Shown in pieces: positions 17,634 to 26,643 of a stretch of DNA of 64,000 bases. Source of the stretch: an uncultured Acidobacteriaceae bacterium (GTDB taxonomy: Bacteria > Acidobacteriota > Terriglobia > Terriglobales > Acidobacteriaceae); assembly GCA_963798185.1 (NCBI GenBank), contig CAWCSJ010000013.1, positions 217,628 to 281,627 of the forward strand. Direction: 5' to 3'. Numbering within the stretch: the stretch's first letter is position 1; each line of letters begins with the position of its first letter. A program made the position numbers and the translations under genes. The notes under the pieces were generated by a model. That model saw nothing but the letters and a program-made list of their open reading frames with translations. It was not told where the DNA came from and ran no database searches.

Positions 17634-20132
17634 ATGCAGCTTCTTCAAGATTTACGTTTCTCGTTGCGCCAACTGCGCAAGGCGCCCGTCTTCGCGCTGG
17701 TGGCCGTCGCCACATTGGCGCTTGGCATCGGCGCCAACACGGCCATCTTCACCTTGCTCGACCAGGCGGTGCTGCGTTCGCTGCCGGTCAGCCATCCTGA
17801 GCAACTGGTGCGGCTGCGCTACACGGGCGATGCTCCCGGCCACTACAACTCGTTCGGGGGCGATGACAACGATTATTTTTCTTATCCGATGTACCGCGAT
17901 CTGCGCGACAAGAGCCCTGATTTTGCGGGCCTCATCGCCAATGACCAGCAGAACGTTGCGGTCGAGTGGAACAACAAGCCCGACATGGTGAACTGCGAAC
18001 TGGTGTCGGGCAATTACTTCCCGGTACTGGGATTGCGGCCGGCCATGGGACGTCTTCTGCTGCCGTCGGACGAATCGCCCAGCGCCCCTGCCGTCGTGGT
18101 GTTGAGCTTCAACTACTGGATGCGCGAGTTTGGCGGCGATCCGCATGTGGTCAATCAGACCCTGCACATCAACGCACATCCGTTCACGATTGTTGGTGTC
18201 GCGCCGCCGCAGTTTCACAGCATCGTGGCCGGCTCGCCGCAGGACGTATTCGTTCCCATTTCAACCAAGAATGTCATCACGCCCCGCTGGCAGGACCTGA
18301 ATGACCACGATTCTTATTGGATGACCGTGGTTGGCCGGCTGAAGCCTGGTGTCAGCCGGGAGCGGGCGGAGATTTCGACCGGCCTTCTGTGGCACAGCTT
18401 GCGCGAGGAAGAGTTTAAGACCTTCACGCATCAGGCGCGCTGGCGCAAGCGGTTTCTGGATGACGCCAAGCTGCAAATCATCGACAGCGCCCGCGGCTTT
18501 TCTCCCTTCCGTGATCAGGTGAGCACGCCGTTGATGGTGCTGATGGGCATGGTGGGGCTGCTGGTGATCATGGCTTGCGTCAACGTGTCGAGCCTGCTGC
18601 TGGTTCGGGCCGCCGGACGCGCGCGTGAAATCTCGGTGCGCTACGCCATGGGCGCGGGACGCTGGCAGATCGTTCGCCAGTTGCTGACCGAAGGATTGAT
18701 GCTGGGCCTGCTGGGCGGTTTGCTGGGAGTTGTGCTGGCTCCGGTGGTAACGCGCACTCTTCTACGCCGCATCGTCGGCGCCTCGGCCACCGATCTTCCG
18801 TTTACCACCCGCCCCGATTTGCGCATTCTGCTGTTTGCGTTTGCTCTGTCCCTGCTGGTCTCGTTGGCGTTCAGTCTAGCTCCGGCGTTGCGCTTTCTGC
18901 GGCCCGACCTGGTGAGTTCGTTGAAGCAGCAAACCGGCACCGGCTCCAGTGGCGTGTTGCGTTTTCGCCGAATATCGGTCGGGATGCAAATCGGTCTCAG
19001 CTTAATACTGCTGGTGGGCGGGGGACTGTTTGTCCGCACACTGCGCAATCTGCGCTCTGTAGGTCTGGGATTCACGTCCGAGCATCTGGTGGGTTTTGGC
19101 ATCAATCCCCGGCTGGCGGGATATCAACCCGAACGGGCGTTCGATCTCTACAAGCGGGTTGACCAAACCCTGGCGGCGTTGCCGGGCACGCGCAACGTCG
19201 GCGGCACCGACGATCCGGATCTGGTGGGGACTTCGCAGACCGGTGGGGTGACCATCGCGGGCTATGTTTACAAGGAGGACGAGAAGAAGCAGGTTGAAGA
19301 ACCGGCAGTCACGCCCGGCTATTTTTCCACGTTGCAAATTCCTTTGCTGGCAGGCCGCACCTTTACCGATCAGGACGTCGCCGGCAAACCTAATGTGGTG
19401 GTGGTAAATGCCGCCTTTGCCCGTCGCTATTTCGGCGAGCCGCGCAACGCCGTGGGCCATATGATCTCGTTCGGCGGCACTGAGTCCAAAATGGACACCG
19501 AGATCGTCGGCGTTGTGGGAGATACCAAGCACACTCTGCGTGACCCGACATTGCCCACCGCCTACCGTCCGCGTTTTCAGTTGGCCGAGCCCAACAATCT
19601 CTATTTCTACGTGCGCACCTGGCAGTCGCCTGAGCTGGCGATGGGGAACATCCGGACCGCGATGCAGCAACTTGACTCGCGGCTGGCGCTGACCAATTTG
19701 CGAAGTGTGGACGATCAGATTGCCGAGAACCTTTCGACCGAAAGCCTGATCGCGTTGCTCTCAGCTGCTTTTGCAATGCTGGCGGTGCTGCTGGCGGCCA
19801 TCGGGCTGTACGGCGTGCTGGCCTATTCCACGGAACAACGCACGCGTGAGATTGGGATTCGCATGGCCCTGGGGGCGCAACGAAGCAGTGTCATGCGACT
19901 GGTGCTGGTGGATGTGTTGTGGCTGGCCGGAATCGCGATCGCGGTGAGCTTGCCGGTATCTTTGCTGCTGGCGCGGCTGTTGCGCAGCGTACTGTTTGGA
20001 GTAAGCCCCAGCGATCCGCTTACGCTGCTGCTGGGAACTTTGCTGGTCGGCGTGGTGGCTTCTCTGGCCGCGCTTATACCGGCTCGGCGCGCAGCATTGA
20101 CAGATCCGATGAGAGCGTTGCGGAGCGAGTGA
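17634..20132 (+). CDS. ADOP-family duplicated FtsX/MacB-like ABC permease (second copy)
   Basis: N-terminus MQLLQDLRFSLRQLRKAPVFALVAVATLALGIGAN. I prefer ATG 17634 (AAGGA 7 nt upstream) over ATG 17628. Confidence 0.88.
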   Translation: MQLLQDLRFSLRQLRKAPVFALVAVATLALGIGANTAIFTLLDQAVLRSLPVSHPEQLVRLRYTGDAPGHYNSFGGDDNDYFSYPMYRDLRDKSPDFAGLIANDQQNVAVEWNNKPDMVNCELVSGNYFPVLGLRPAMGRLLLPSDESPSAPAVVVLSFNYWMREFGGDPHVVNQTLHINAHPFTIVGVAPPQFHSIVAGSPQDVFVPISTKNVITPRWQDLNDHDSYWMTVVGRLKPGVSRERAEISTGLLWHSLREEEFKTFTHQARWRKRFLDDAKLQIIDSARGFSPFRDQVSTPLMVLMGMVGLLVIMACVNVSSLLLVRAAGRAREISVRYAMGAGRWQIVRQLLTEGLMLGLLGGLLGVVLAPVVTRTLLRRIVGASATDLPFTTRPDLRILLFAFALSLLVSLAFSLAPALRFLRPDLVSSLKQQTGTGSSGVLRFRRISVGMQIGLSLILLVGGGLFVRTLRNLRSVGLGFTSEHLVGFGINPRLAGYQPERAFDLYKRVDQTLAALPGTRNVGGTDDPDLVGTSQTGGVTIAGYVYKEDEKKQVEEPAVTPGYFSTLQIPLLAGRTFTDQDVAGKPNVVVVNAAFARRYFGEPRNAVGHMISFGGTESKMDTEIVGVVGDTKHTLRDPTLPTAYRPRFQLAEPNNLYFYVRTWQSPELAMGNIRTAMQQLDSRLALTNLRSVDDQIAENLSTESLIALLSAAFAMLAVLLAAIGLYGVLAYSTEQRTREIGIRMALGAQRSSVMRLVLVDVLWLAGIAIAVSLPVSLLLARLLRSVLFGVSPSDPLTLLLGTLLVGVVASLAALIPARRAALTDPMRALRSE

Positions 20133-20200
20133 AGAAGCAGCAACTAGCAGCTAGCCACAGAAGTAACCCAGGACGCCAGTCCCGCGTGGACGACCAGCCG

Positions 20201-20231
20201 GCGACACGGGCAGCTAGCGCTGGCCGTGTCG
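20201..20231. terminator. hairpin between convergent genes, a possible bidirectional terminator
   Basis: GCGACACGGG-(11 nt)-GCCGTGTCGC gives a 9 of 10 bp stem. It lies between the ADOP stop and the stop of the small minus-strand gene. Confidence 0.35.
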
Positions 20232-20275
20232 CTTGCTAACGACAGATCCTGCGCGGTACGCCGATTTAGACCGCT

Positions 20276-20422
20276 CTACACTGTTCTTCGGCCAGTCACC
20301 AGGTTGATGATCAGCACAATCACCGCAACCACCAACAACAGGTGGATTAAGCCTCCTGCGATGTGGAAGCCCCATCCCAACAACCAGAGAACCAACAGAA
20401 TCGCGAAAATTGTCCAAAGCAT
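20276..20422 (-). CDS. 48-aa lmo0937-like small membrane protein
   Basis: Absent from the ORF track because it is under 60 aa. My translation is MLWTIFAILLVLWLLGWGFHIAGGLIHLLLVVAVIVLIINLVTGRRTV. GAGGTGA Shine-Dalgarno lies 6 nt upstream. Confidence 0.8.
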   Translation of the reverse strand: MLWTIFAILLVLWLLGWGFHIAGGLIHLLLVVAVIVLIINLVTGRRTV

Positions 20423-20497
20423 TCTTGTCACCTCGGGTCAGCAAAGCTGCCGTAACGAGTAAGAACCAGAATTTCGGTATGGCGTTGTATGGAGAAA

Positions 20498-20706
20498 GTG
20501 GATAGTGGGTGGTGGCTAGTGGATAGCGCTATCGATAAAGCTTCTGCCAGGGACGGAAACAGCAGGTCCCTCCGCTCGGACTGAAGTCCTCGGTCGGGAT
20601 GACAAAATCAAAGAAGTGGATAGTTGTGGAAAAGTGGATAGTCAAGCGTGCCGATCAAAGGTCTGGTTAAAGCTGATAGCAGATGGCTGAAAGCTGACGG
20701 CTGGTT
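20498..20706. repeat. composite repeat block
   Basis: GTGGATA-type heptamers at 20498-20525 and 20616-20643, a short B-type hairpin at 20556-20606, and GCTGAnn heptamers at 20672-20706 that run into the stop codon of the gene ending at 20705. Confidence 0.85.
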
Positions 20707-21487
20707 AAGGCTGGCCGGGCCCGGTGCTCGTGCTGGTCGGCACACTTGCCTCGGTGGGTTCGTTGGCTTCAGACCAGCTGTTGTTCTGGTCCAAATGGTT
20801 GGAGTACTTGTCGAAGACCACGACGTGCAGGACCGGCTGGCTCTCTTCGATGGGGTCGATCATACCCGACTCTTTCAGAGGCAGCATGTAGGTGAGGATC
20901 CAGGCATACTGCTGCATGGTCAAGCCGCGCCGCGAGAGATCGAAGGTAACTCCGGTCAAATGGGTGGAAGCGGTATCGCCCCACTCCGGCGCGGCATAAC
21001 GATTGTGCCGCCGCAGCCGTCCCTGCTGCTCCATGGTGCGCACCAGGGAATTGATCTGCAAGGAACTGTGGAATTGGTTGTAGTAAGCCTGGCTGAAATC
21101 CTGCAGGAAGTCGCGCGTCCACGGCCGACAGTAGCGCCGGCTATCGGGAAGGTCGGCCGCCAGCTTGAGCGCATCGGTCTCGGCAACCTGGACCAGAACT
21201 CCGGAAACCTCGTAGCGTATGAGCTCTGCCTCGTCGGCAATGCGCGGCAGTTGCAAGCGGTTCAGTTCTTCGTTTTGACGCACCAGCAAGTCGTGCGAGC
21301 CGGGATACATGCGGGAATATTGGCTGGCGTTCCAATGAGAGCTGGGATTGAGAGCGCGGTGGTGGGTCTTATGTACTTTCGGGGTGGGCGTCACTGCCGA
21401 GGCTGGGGCGCAGACCACCAGGGCCAGCAGACACAGCCCCGCCAAGGGAGCGAGCTTGCGAAAGTTTAAAAGTGGCGGAACTGGCAT
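20705..21487 (-). CDS. secreted protein of unknown function, possibly a LAS/M15-like peptidase fold
   Basis: 260 aa. Signal peptide LAPLAGLCLLALVVCAPASA. The STHLTGVTFDLS segment resembles the SxHxxGxAxD metal site. Function is uncertain. Confidence 0.55.
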   Translation of the reverse strand: MPVPPLLNFRKLAPLAGLCLLALVVCAPASAVTPTPKVHKTHHRALNPSSHWNASQYSRMYPGSHDLLVRQNEELNRLQLPRIADEAELIRYEVSGVLVQVAETDALKLAADLPDSRRYCRPWTRDFLQDFSQAYYNQFHSSLQINSLVRTMEQQGRLRRHNRYAAPEWGDTASTHLTGVTFDLSRRGLTMQQYAWILTYMLPLKESGMIDPIEESQPVLHVVVFDKYSNHLDQNNSWSEANEPTEASVPTSTSTGPGQP

Positions 21488-21675
21488 ATTTGGTTATGAA
21501 ATCTTGGAAACTGTACTGATAAAAATGACGCTAATGCATTACATCACAAAAGCGACGGCGGACAAAGCTTTTTCCCCACTTGTGATGGGTATCAGGGCCC
21601 GAAGATCGGGCTTCGAGCGGCTTATCTGTAAAGATGCAGGCAGTGCTGAATTTGCCGTCCGAAGGATTGTCGGGC

Positions 21676-21734
21676 CCGGCGCTAAAGCGCGGAATCGAGA
21701 ACTGACTTTCTTCCGCATAAATGCGGGGGCTTCC
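21676..21734. repeat. REP-like hairpins (C-type, inverted orientation)
   Basis: GGCGCTAAAGCGC and CTTCCGCATAAATGCGGGGGCTTC. Confidence 0.7.
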
Positions 21735-21806
21735 ATCGGGAATCTTGAAATGCCCCCTCACGGCTTTGCTCAGGCCAGGCGCTATAAGCTGGGCCCGTTG
21801 AAATCT

Positions 21807-23477
21807 TTACGCCTGGCCGCGATAGAGCATCTCGGTGATGGTGCAGTCGTCGGTCAAGGCGGTATCGCCACGGAAGGCGGTAACGGCCTTCTCGATGGCC
21901 GCAAATCCGTCAACGCCGCAGCTCTCCAGCCGCTCCATGCCGAAGAACTCACCTTGCGCATCCTCGGCTTCAGTGACGCCGTCGGTTACCAGCAGCAAAC
22001 GATCTCCGGGCTTCAGTTGCACGCGAGAAACTTGGAATTCCGCACCGGGCACCAGGCCCACGGGCAAGTTGCCATCCTCCAGCTTGGTGATGGAGCCTTC
22101 AGAAACCAGCAGGGGAGGGACGTGGCCGCAGTTGATCAGTTCCATTTCTCCGGTCTGGACCAGGCGGGCGATCACCAGCGTGGCGTATTTCTGGCCGCCC
22201 ACTTTGTCGCACAGAAAGCGATTGACCGCCGCAATCATCTCGGGCAGGGAAGAATCGCGGGCCAACTGCGAGTACAACATGCCCTGCAGGATGGATGCGA
22301 CCACTGCCGCGGAAACGCCTTTGCCGGAAACATCGGCGACGATCAGCGACAGTCCCGCTTCGGTGTAAACCAGGTCGAAGAAATCTCCGCCGATATCTTT
22401 GCAGGCATAACTGACGGCGTTAACTTTGGCGAAGGGCACGTCCGGCACCGTTACCTTCATCAGGTTCTGCTGGATTTCTGCGGCGATGGCCAACTCCTGG
22501 CGATAGCGCTTGGCCGCATCTTCCGACTGCACCAGGGAGGCGTTCTCCACCAGCGTCGCGGCGCCGTTGGCGATAGTGCGCAGAATGTCGTGGCTCACCG
22601 ACGACAATTTGCCTGACAGGAAATGCGCATCCAGATACAACACTCCCTGCACATCCTGCTCGCCGGGCTGGGTGTCCTCTTTTATTTTGTCCTGAATGAC
22701 CGTCTTGCGCAGAGGAATGCAGATCACGCTGTGCAAGTTGTGCGCCACGATGCTCTCGCGGCCAGCCAGCTTGCCGGTGTCGTCCGTATCGGTGACCAGA
22801 AACTCGGACGCGCTCTTGGCGGCATCGCGCAGCACCGAGCGCGAGATGGCGCTGTCATCGGTAATGCTTTCACCCTTCTTATCGCGTCCGGCGGCCAGGC
22901 GAAGTTCGCCATCGGGATGACGCAAAAACACGAAGCCGCGCTCAGCGTGGGTCAGTCGCAATGCAGCTTCCAGCAAAGTCTGCAATACGTCGTCGAGCAC
23001 GCCACTGGTGTTCAGCTTGCGGGCCGCCTCGAGAAATACATTGAGCATTTCCAGGTCGGAGCCCGCTCCGGTGGCCGGCTTCCAACTCGAGAACTGGCTG
23101 AGGAACTGTTGGGCGGCGCTCGAAGGCGAACGGTCTGGGCTGAACAGGGCGTAAGCGGCGCCTTGTACGCCGAATTCCACGCGATCGTTGCGTGCCAGCT
23201 TGCGCCGATTGATGCGTTCTCCATTGACGAAGGTGCCGTGGCGGCTGCTCTGGTCCACCAGGTAGGTGCCGTCGGGCTCGTGAATGAATTGCGCATGCTC
23301 GCGCGAGACCCGTGGATCGGCCATCACCAGGTCCCGGTCGGTGCGGCGGCCCACCGTGAAGGGGAAATGCTCGAGCACCAGCGTGCGCCGGTCGTTGCCT
23401 TCCACCACCACCAACACCAGGGGATCGCCGGTGGATGAGGTGTCCAGTTTGCGCACCCAGATGCCCGTAGCGCCCAT
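21807..23477 (-). CDS. FHA-GAF-PP2C (SpoIIE-type) serine/threonine phosphatase
   Basis: 556 aa. The N-terminal FHA region has FTVGRRTDRDLVMADPRVSREHAQF and HGTFVNGERI. The C-terminal PPM region has DIGGDFFDL, VADVSGKGVSAA and LLLVTDGVTEA. Confidence 0.85.
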   Translation of the reverse strand: MGATGIWVRKLDTSSTGDPLVLVVVEGNDRRTLVLEHFPFTVGRRTDRDLVMADPRVSREHAQFIHEPDGTYLVDQSSRHGTFVNGERINRRKLARNDRVEFGVQGAAYALFSPDRSPSSAAQQFLSQFSSWKPATGAGSDLEMLNVFLEAARKLNTSGVLDDVLQTLLEAALRLTHAERGFVFLRHPDGELRLAAGRDKKGESITDDSAISRSVLRDAAKSASEFLVTDTDDTGKLAGRESIVAHNLHSVICIPLRKTVIQDKIKEDTQPGEQDVQGVLYLDAHFLSGKLSSVSHDILRTIANGAATLVENASLVQSEDAAKRYRQELAIAAEIQQNLMKVTVPDVPFAKVNAVSYACKDIGGDFFDLVYTEAGLSLIVADVSGKGVSAAVVASILQGMLYSQLARDSSLPEMIAAVNRFLCDKVGGQKYATLVIARLVQTGEMELINCGHVPPLLVSEGSITKLEDGNLPVGLVPGAEFQVSRVQLKPGDRLLLVTDGVTEAEDAQGEFFGMERLESCGVDGFAAIEKAVTAFRGDTALTDDCTITEMLYRGQA

Positions 23478-23564
23478 CAGAAAATTTCCTCCTCATGCAC
23501 AATACAGGTTATCGATGAAGTTTTGAATATAGACCAATGGCGACGCGCTCGCCACCAGTATTGC

Positions 23565-23987
23565 TCAGCCGTTTTCTTTTCTGGCCCGTGGCAGCTTCAG
23601 CAGGCGAAGTTTGGGAACGCGCTCAAAATGGCTTACGTCCGCGGTCACGAGTACACGCTGAGTTCCGGTGAGCGCGGCGGCAAAGGCGTCGGCATACGGT
23701 ATGTTGTACTGGGCCTTCAGTTTCGCAGCGCGCACCGCATCTTCTGGCGTTACCCCCACCACAGAGAGCGGGACATTCTGCTCCAGCTCTGCCATCAGTG
23801 TTTCTGTCTTACCCAGGCCCACGCGCTTGACCAGGCTGTAGAACACCTCGCCCCAGTTGACAGCAGAAATCAACGCGACAGTACCCTCCTCCGCAGCGCC
23901 TTTGAAGACCTGAATGACTATCTCCGCGCCGTCACCCTTGATCAGATAGCGGTAGAGTGCGCTGGCATCCAGGACTTGCCTTCTCAT
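23565..23987 (-). CDS. PIN-domain (VapC-like) toxin
   Basis: 140 aa. N-terminus is MRRQVLDASAL. 4-nt overlap with the upstream antitoxin gene. Confidence 0.75.
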   Translation of the reverse strand: MRRQVLDASALYRYLIKGDGAEIVIQVFKGAAEEGTVALISAVNWGEVFYSLVKRVGLGKTETLMAELEQNVPLSVVGVTPEDAVRAAKLKAQYNIPYADAFAAALTGTQRVLVTADVSHFERVPKLRLLKLPRARKENG

Positions 23988-24214
23988 TCAAGCTCACGAT
24001 CAGCTTCGTGCTCAATGTCCGGTGGCAAGCCCAAGCCGGCCAGAACGCCACAATAATGTTGAATAGCATCCTCGTACTTTGGATAGATGCCAATCCCGCC
24101 TTGAATGCGCGCGAAGCGCACCCGAGTACCTCGCCCGATGCGAAAAGCACGGCGCAGCTTAGCCGGGATCACCAACTGGCCCTTCGACGTAATCACTCCT
24201 TCGAACTGATCCAT
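23984..24214 (-). CDS. AbrB/SpoVT-type antitoxin (VapB-like)
   Basis: 76 aa. The swapped-hairpin motif ITSKGQLVIPAKLRRAFRI is present. Confidence 0.75.
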   Translation of the reverse strand: MDQFEGVITSKGQLVIPAKLRRAFRIGRGTRVRFARIQGGIGIYPKYEDAIQHYCGVLAGLGLPPDIEHEADRELE

Positions 24215-24243
24215 GTCTTACATTTTATCATGAGAGGTAAGAC
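24215..24243 (-). promoter_or_regulatory. inverted repeat GTCTTAC-N15-GTAAGAC abutting the antitoxin ATG; candidate operator and promoter
   Basis: Perfect 7-bp arms. On the minus strand a TAAAAT box sits 7 nt before the ATG and no SD is visible. Confidence 0.3.
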
Positions 24244-24537
24244 ATCGTTGAATATGGCTTGAATGGCTGCCATTGATTTCCCGAATTCAAACGGTTTGCG
24301 TAAGGCGAAGCCGACTGTCGGCGCCGGTATTCCTTCGCTTTTTCAATAACATAGGCTTGTGACGCAGGTCACCATTCAATGTTTGATACTGCCTCTGGCC
24401 CGCTAAATCCGCCCGCTTGCTCCATCTTGGTTGGCCTTTCCAGCCTGGCCTATTAACTTAATCAATAGAGAAGTGTGGGACTTGGCCCGTGTGATTTGGG
24501 GTGGGCCGTTCTTAATCCATTTGTACGAGAGGCGTGA

Positions 24538-26643
24538 ATGCACAAGCCAGTGAAGTATGTTGAGAAAGCCGTCACCGTTGCTGCCAAAGGCGCATGGGCT
24601 GTTTTCGATAAGCTGAATAGCATCAATCCCAATCCTTCGTTTACGCCCAAGTGGTCCGATAAGCCACTCTTGAAGTCGTACCAGAAATCCAAACCGCCGC
24701 TGGGATGGCCGCGCGCGACCGATTCGCTGTGTCCCAAGTGCGTCCCGCAGATCCGTCAGGAGATTATCGACGGCAAGCTGCCGCTCGAAGTTCTGATGAA
24801 CGAGAAGGCGGGCGAGATCAAGGCGCAGATCATCGAGCGCGACGGCAAGATCCTGATGGTGAAGGACTGCCCGATCCACGGCCACTTTGAAGACGTCATG
24901 GCCATGGACACCGCATTCTTCAAGCATCTTGAAGAAGTTTTTCCTGGCCGCGACATTCGCGCGCACAACGACGAGAAGCTGCATCATCACGGCAGCAGCA
25001 CGGTGCTGCACGGCCGCGGCTCGGTGCTGACCATCGACCTGACCAACCGCTGCAACATGATGTGCGACCCCTGCTTCATGGACGCCAACCAGGTTGGCTT
25101 CGTCCATGAGCTGACGTGGGACGAAATCAAGACGATGCTCGACAACGCCATCACCATTAAGCCGCGGCGCCAGATGTCGGTGCAGTTCTCCGGCGGCGAG
25201 CCGACGTTGTCGCCATACTTCCTGGACGCGGTCGCTTACGCTCGCAAGGTGGGCTACAACAGCGTGCAGGCTGCGACCAACGGCATCGAGTTCGCCAAGA
25301 GTCCCGAGTTCGCCAAACAGGCTTTTGAAGCGGGTCTGCGCTATGCGTACCTGCAGTTCGATGGCATCGGCAATGCCGCCAACTCGCATCGCCTGGTCGG
25401 CAATCTGTTCGACGTAAAGTTGCAGGCGATCGAGAACCTGCATAACGCCGGCGTCGAGATTGTGCCGGTGGTGACGATCGTCAATGACCTGAACAACGAG
25501 CAGGTCGGACGCATCATTCAGTTCGCGCTCGACAATCCCAAGCGCATTTCGTTCCTCTCATTCCAGCCGGTATCGTTCACCGGACGCGACGAGGCGATCA
25601 CGGATGAGCGGCGTCAGGCGCAGCGCTACACGCTGTCGCATCTGGCGCACGACGTGAAGAGCCAGACTGGACTGGGCGAGCCGGTCCGCGACTGGTTCCC
25701 GATTTCGTTCATGAGCACCTTCTCCGATTGGGCCGACCTGGTTCACGGGCCAGACAAAGATTGGGGCGCGCTGAGCTGCGGTTGCCACCCGAATTGCGGC
25801 GTCGGCATGGCCGTCATGATCGACAAGGAAACCAAGGAAGCGGTCCCGGTGACGGCGTTCCTGAACGGCGACACCATCGCGAAAGACATTGCGAAGGTGA
25901 ACGACGCAGCGCGCGGCAAGTGGATGTCGATTGCGGGCATGACGCTGGCGCTACTGAAGAATTACGATCCGTTCAAGTCGCCGACGCACTTCAAGTTCAC
26001 GGACCTGCTGAAGAAGTTCGACAAGACCTTCGGCGCGACCGGCAAAGATTACGGCAAGGTCACGGGCGACCGTACCGAAACCGACATCGAGCGCCGCCGT
26101 CGCGATCGCTGGAATTTTCTGTTCATCGCGGGCATGTGGTTCCAGGACCTGTTCAATTACGATTTCCGCCGCACCGAGCAGTGCATTATTCCTTACGCCA
26201 CGCAGGAAGGCGAGATCAGCTTCTGCGCGTACAACACCGGCGTGGGCTGGCGCAATATCGTGGAGAAGATGCACATGACGGCGACTCTGACCAAGTGGTA
26301 CGAGGAGCATGGGCGTCACGAGATTTTCGCCGGCGGCAAGAAGGTCGGGCTGGAGACCACGGCGCATACCCTCAAGCTGGTTGACGAGCACGTTAATGCC
26401 GAAGCCAATCACACGCTTGACGATCTCGGTATCGCCAAGAACGCTCGCCAGGAAAAGTTCAAGGCGCGCGACGAACGCGTGAAGGCCGAAGCTGAGAAAG
26501 CTCGCATGCTGGCGCTCTACAAAGAGCACGTGCTGGGCGAGAAGCCGGTCGTCAACGACGGCTTCATTCCGCTGGGCAGCATCGGCGGCATCAAGCCCGC
26601 GCAGCCCGCAGTGGAAGAGCGTGAAGCCGTGTACGGGGACTAG
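24538..26643 (+). CDS. radical SAM enzyme of the COG1964 / archaeal Tes (tetraether lipid synthase) type
   Basis: 701 aa. CxxxCxxC is present in NRCNMMCDPC. The N-terminal Cys/His pattern is CPKC...CPIHGH. Blocks SVQFSGGEPTL, ATNGIEFA, YLQFDG and FQPVSFTGRD match what I recall for this family. Confidence 0.7.
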   Translation: MHKPVKYVEKAVTVAAKGAWAVFDKLNSINPNPSFTPKWSDKPLLKSYQKSKPPLGWPRATDSLCPKCVPQIRQEIIDGKLPLEVLMNEKAGEIKAQIIERDGKILMVKDCPIHGHFEDVMAMDTAFFKHLEEVFPGRDIRAHNDEKLHHHGSSTVLHGRGSVLTIDLTNRCNMMCDPCFMDANQVGFVHELTWDEIKTMLDNAITIKPRRQMSVQFSGGEPTLSPYFLDAVAYARKVGYNSVQAATNGIEFAKSPEFAKQAFEAGLRYAYLQFDGIGNAANSHRLVGNLFDVKLQAIENLHNAGVEIVPVVTIVNDLNNEQVGRIIQFALDNPKRISFLSFQPVSFTGRDEAITDERRQAQRYTLSHLAHDVKSQTGLGEPVRDWFPISFMSTFSDWADLVHGPDKDWGALSCGCHPNCGVGMAVMIDKETKEAVPVTAFLNGDTIAKDIAKVNDAARGKWMSIAGMTLALLKNYDPFKSPTHFKFTDLLKKFDKTFGATGKDYGKVTGDRTETDIERRRRDRWNFLFIAGMWFQDLFNYDFRRTEQCIIPYATQEGEISFCAYNTGVGWRNIVEKMHMTATLTKWYEEHGRHEIFAGGKKVGLETTAHTLKLVDEHVNAEANHTLDDLGIAKNARQEKFKARDERVKAEAEKARMLALYKEHVLGEKPVVNDGFIPLGSIGGIKPAQPAVEEREAVYGD

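Noticed and set aside
20214-20444. 76-aa ORF from the ORF track.
   Set aside because: It is in a different frame from, and overlaps, the well-supported 48-aa small membrane protein gene (20276..20422). It has no SD or coding character.
24403-25443. Long antisense ORFs: 346 aa here, plus 51832..53052 (406 aa), 61493..62584 (363 aa), 5623..6492, 15046..16149, 28237..29148 and 1874..2695.
   Set aside because: Each lies opposite a gene with clear family motifs. Their Arg/Ala/Gly/His-rich, low-complexity composition is typical of shadow ORFs in GC-rich DNA.
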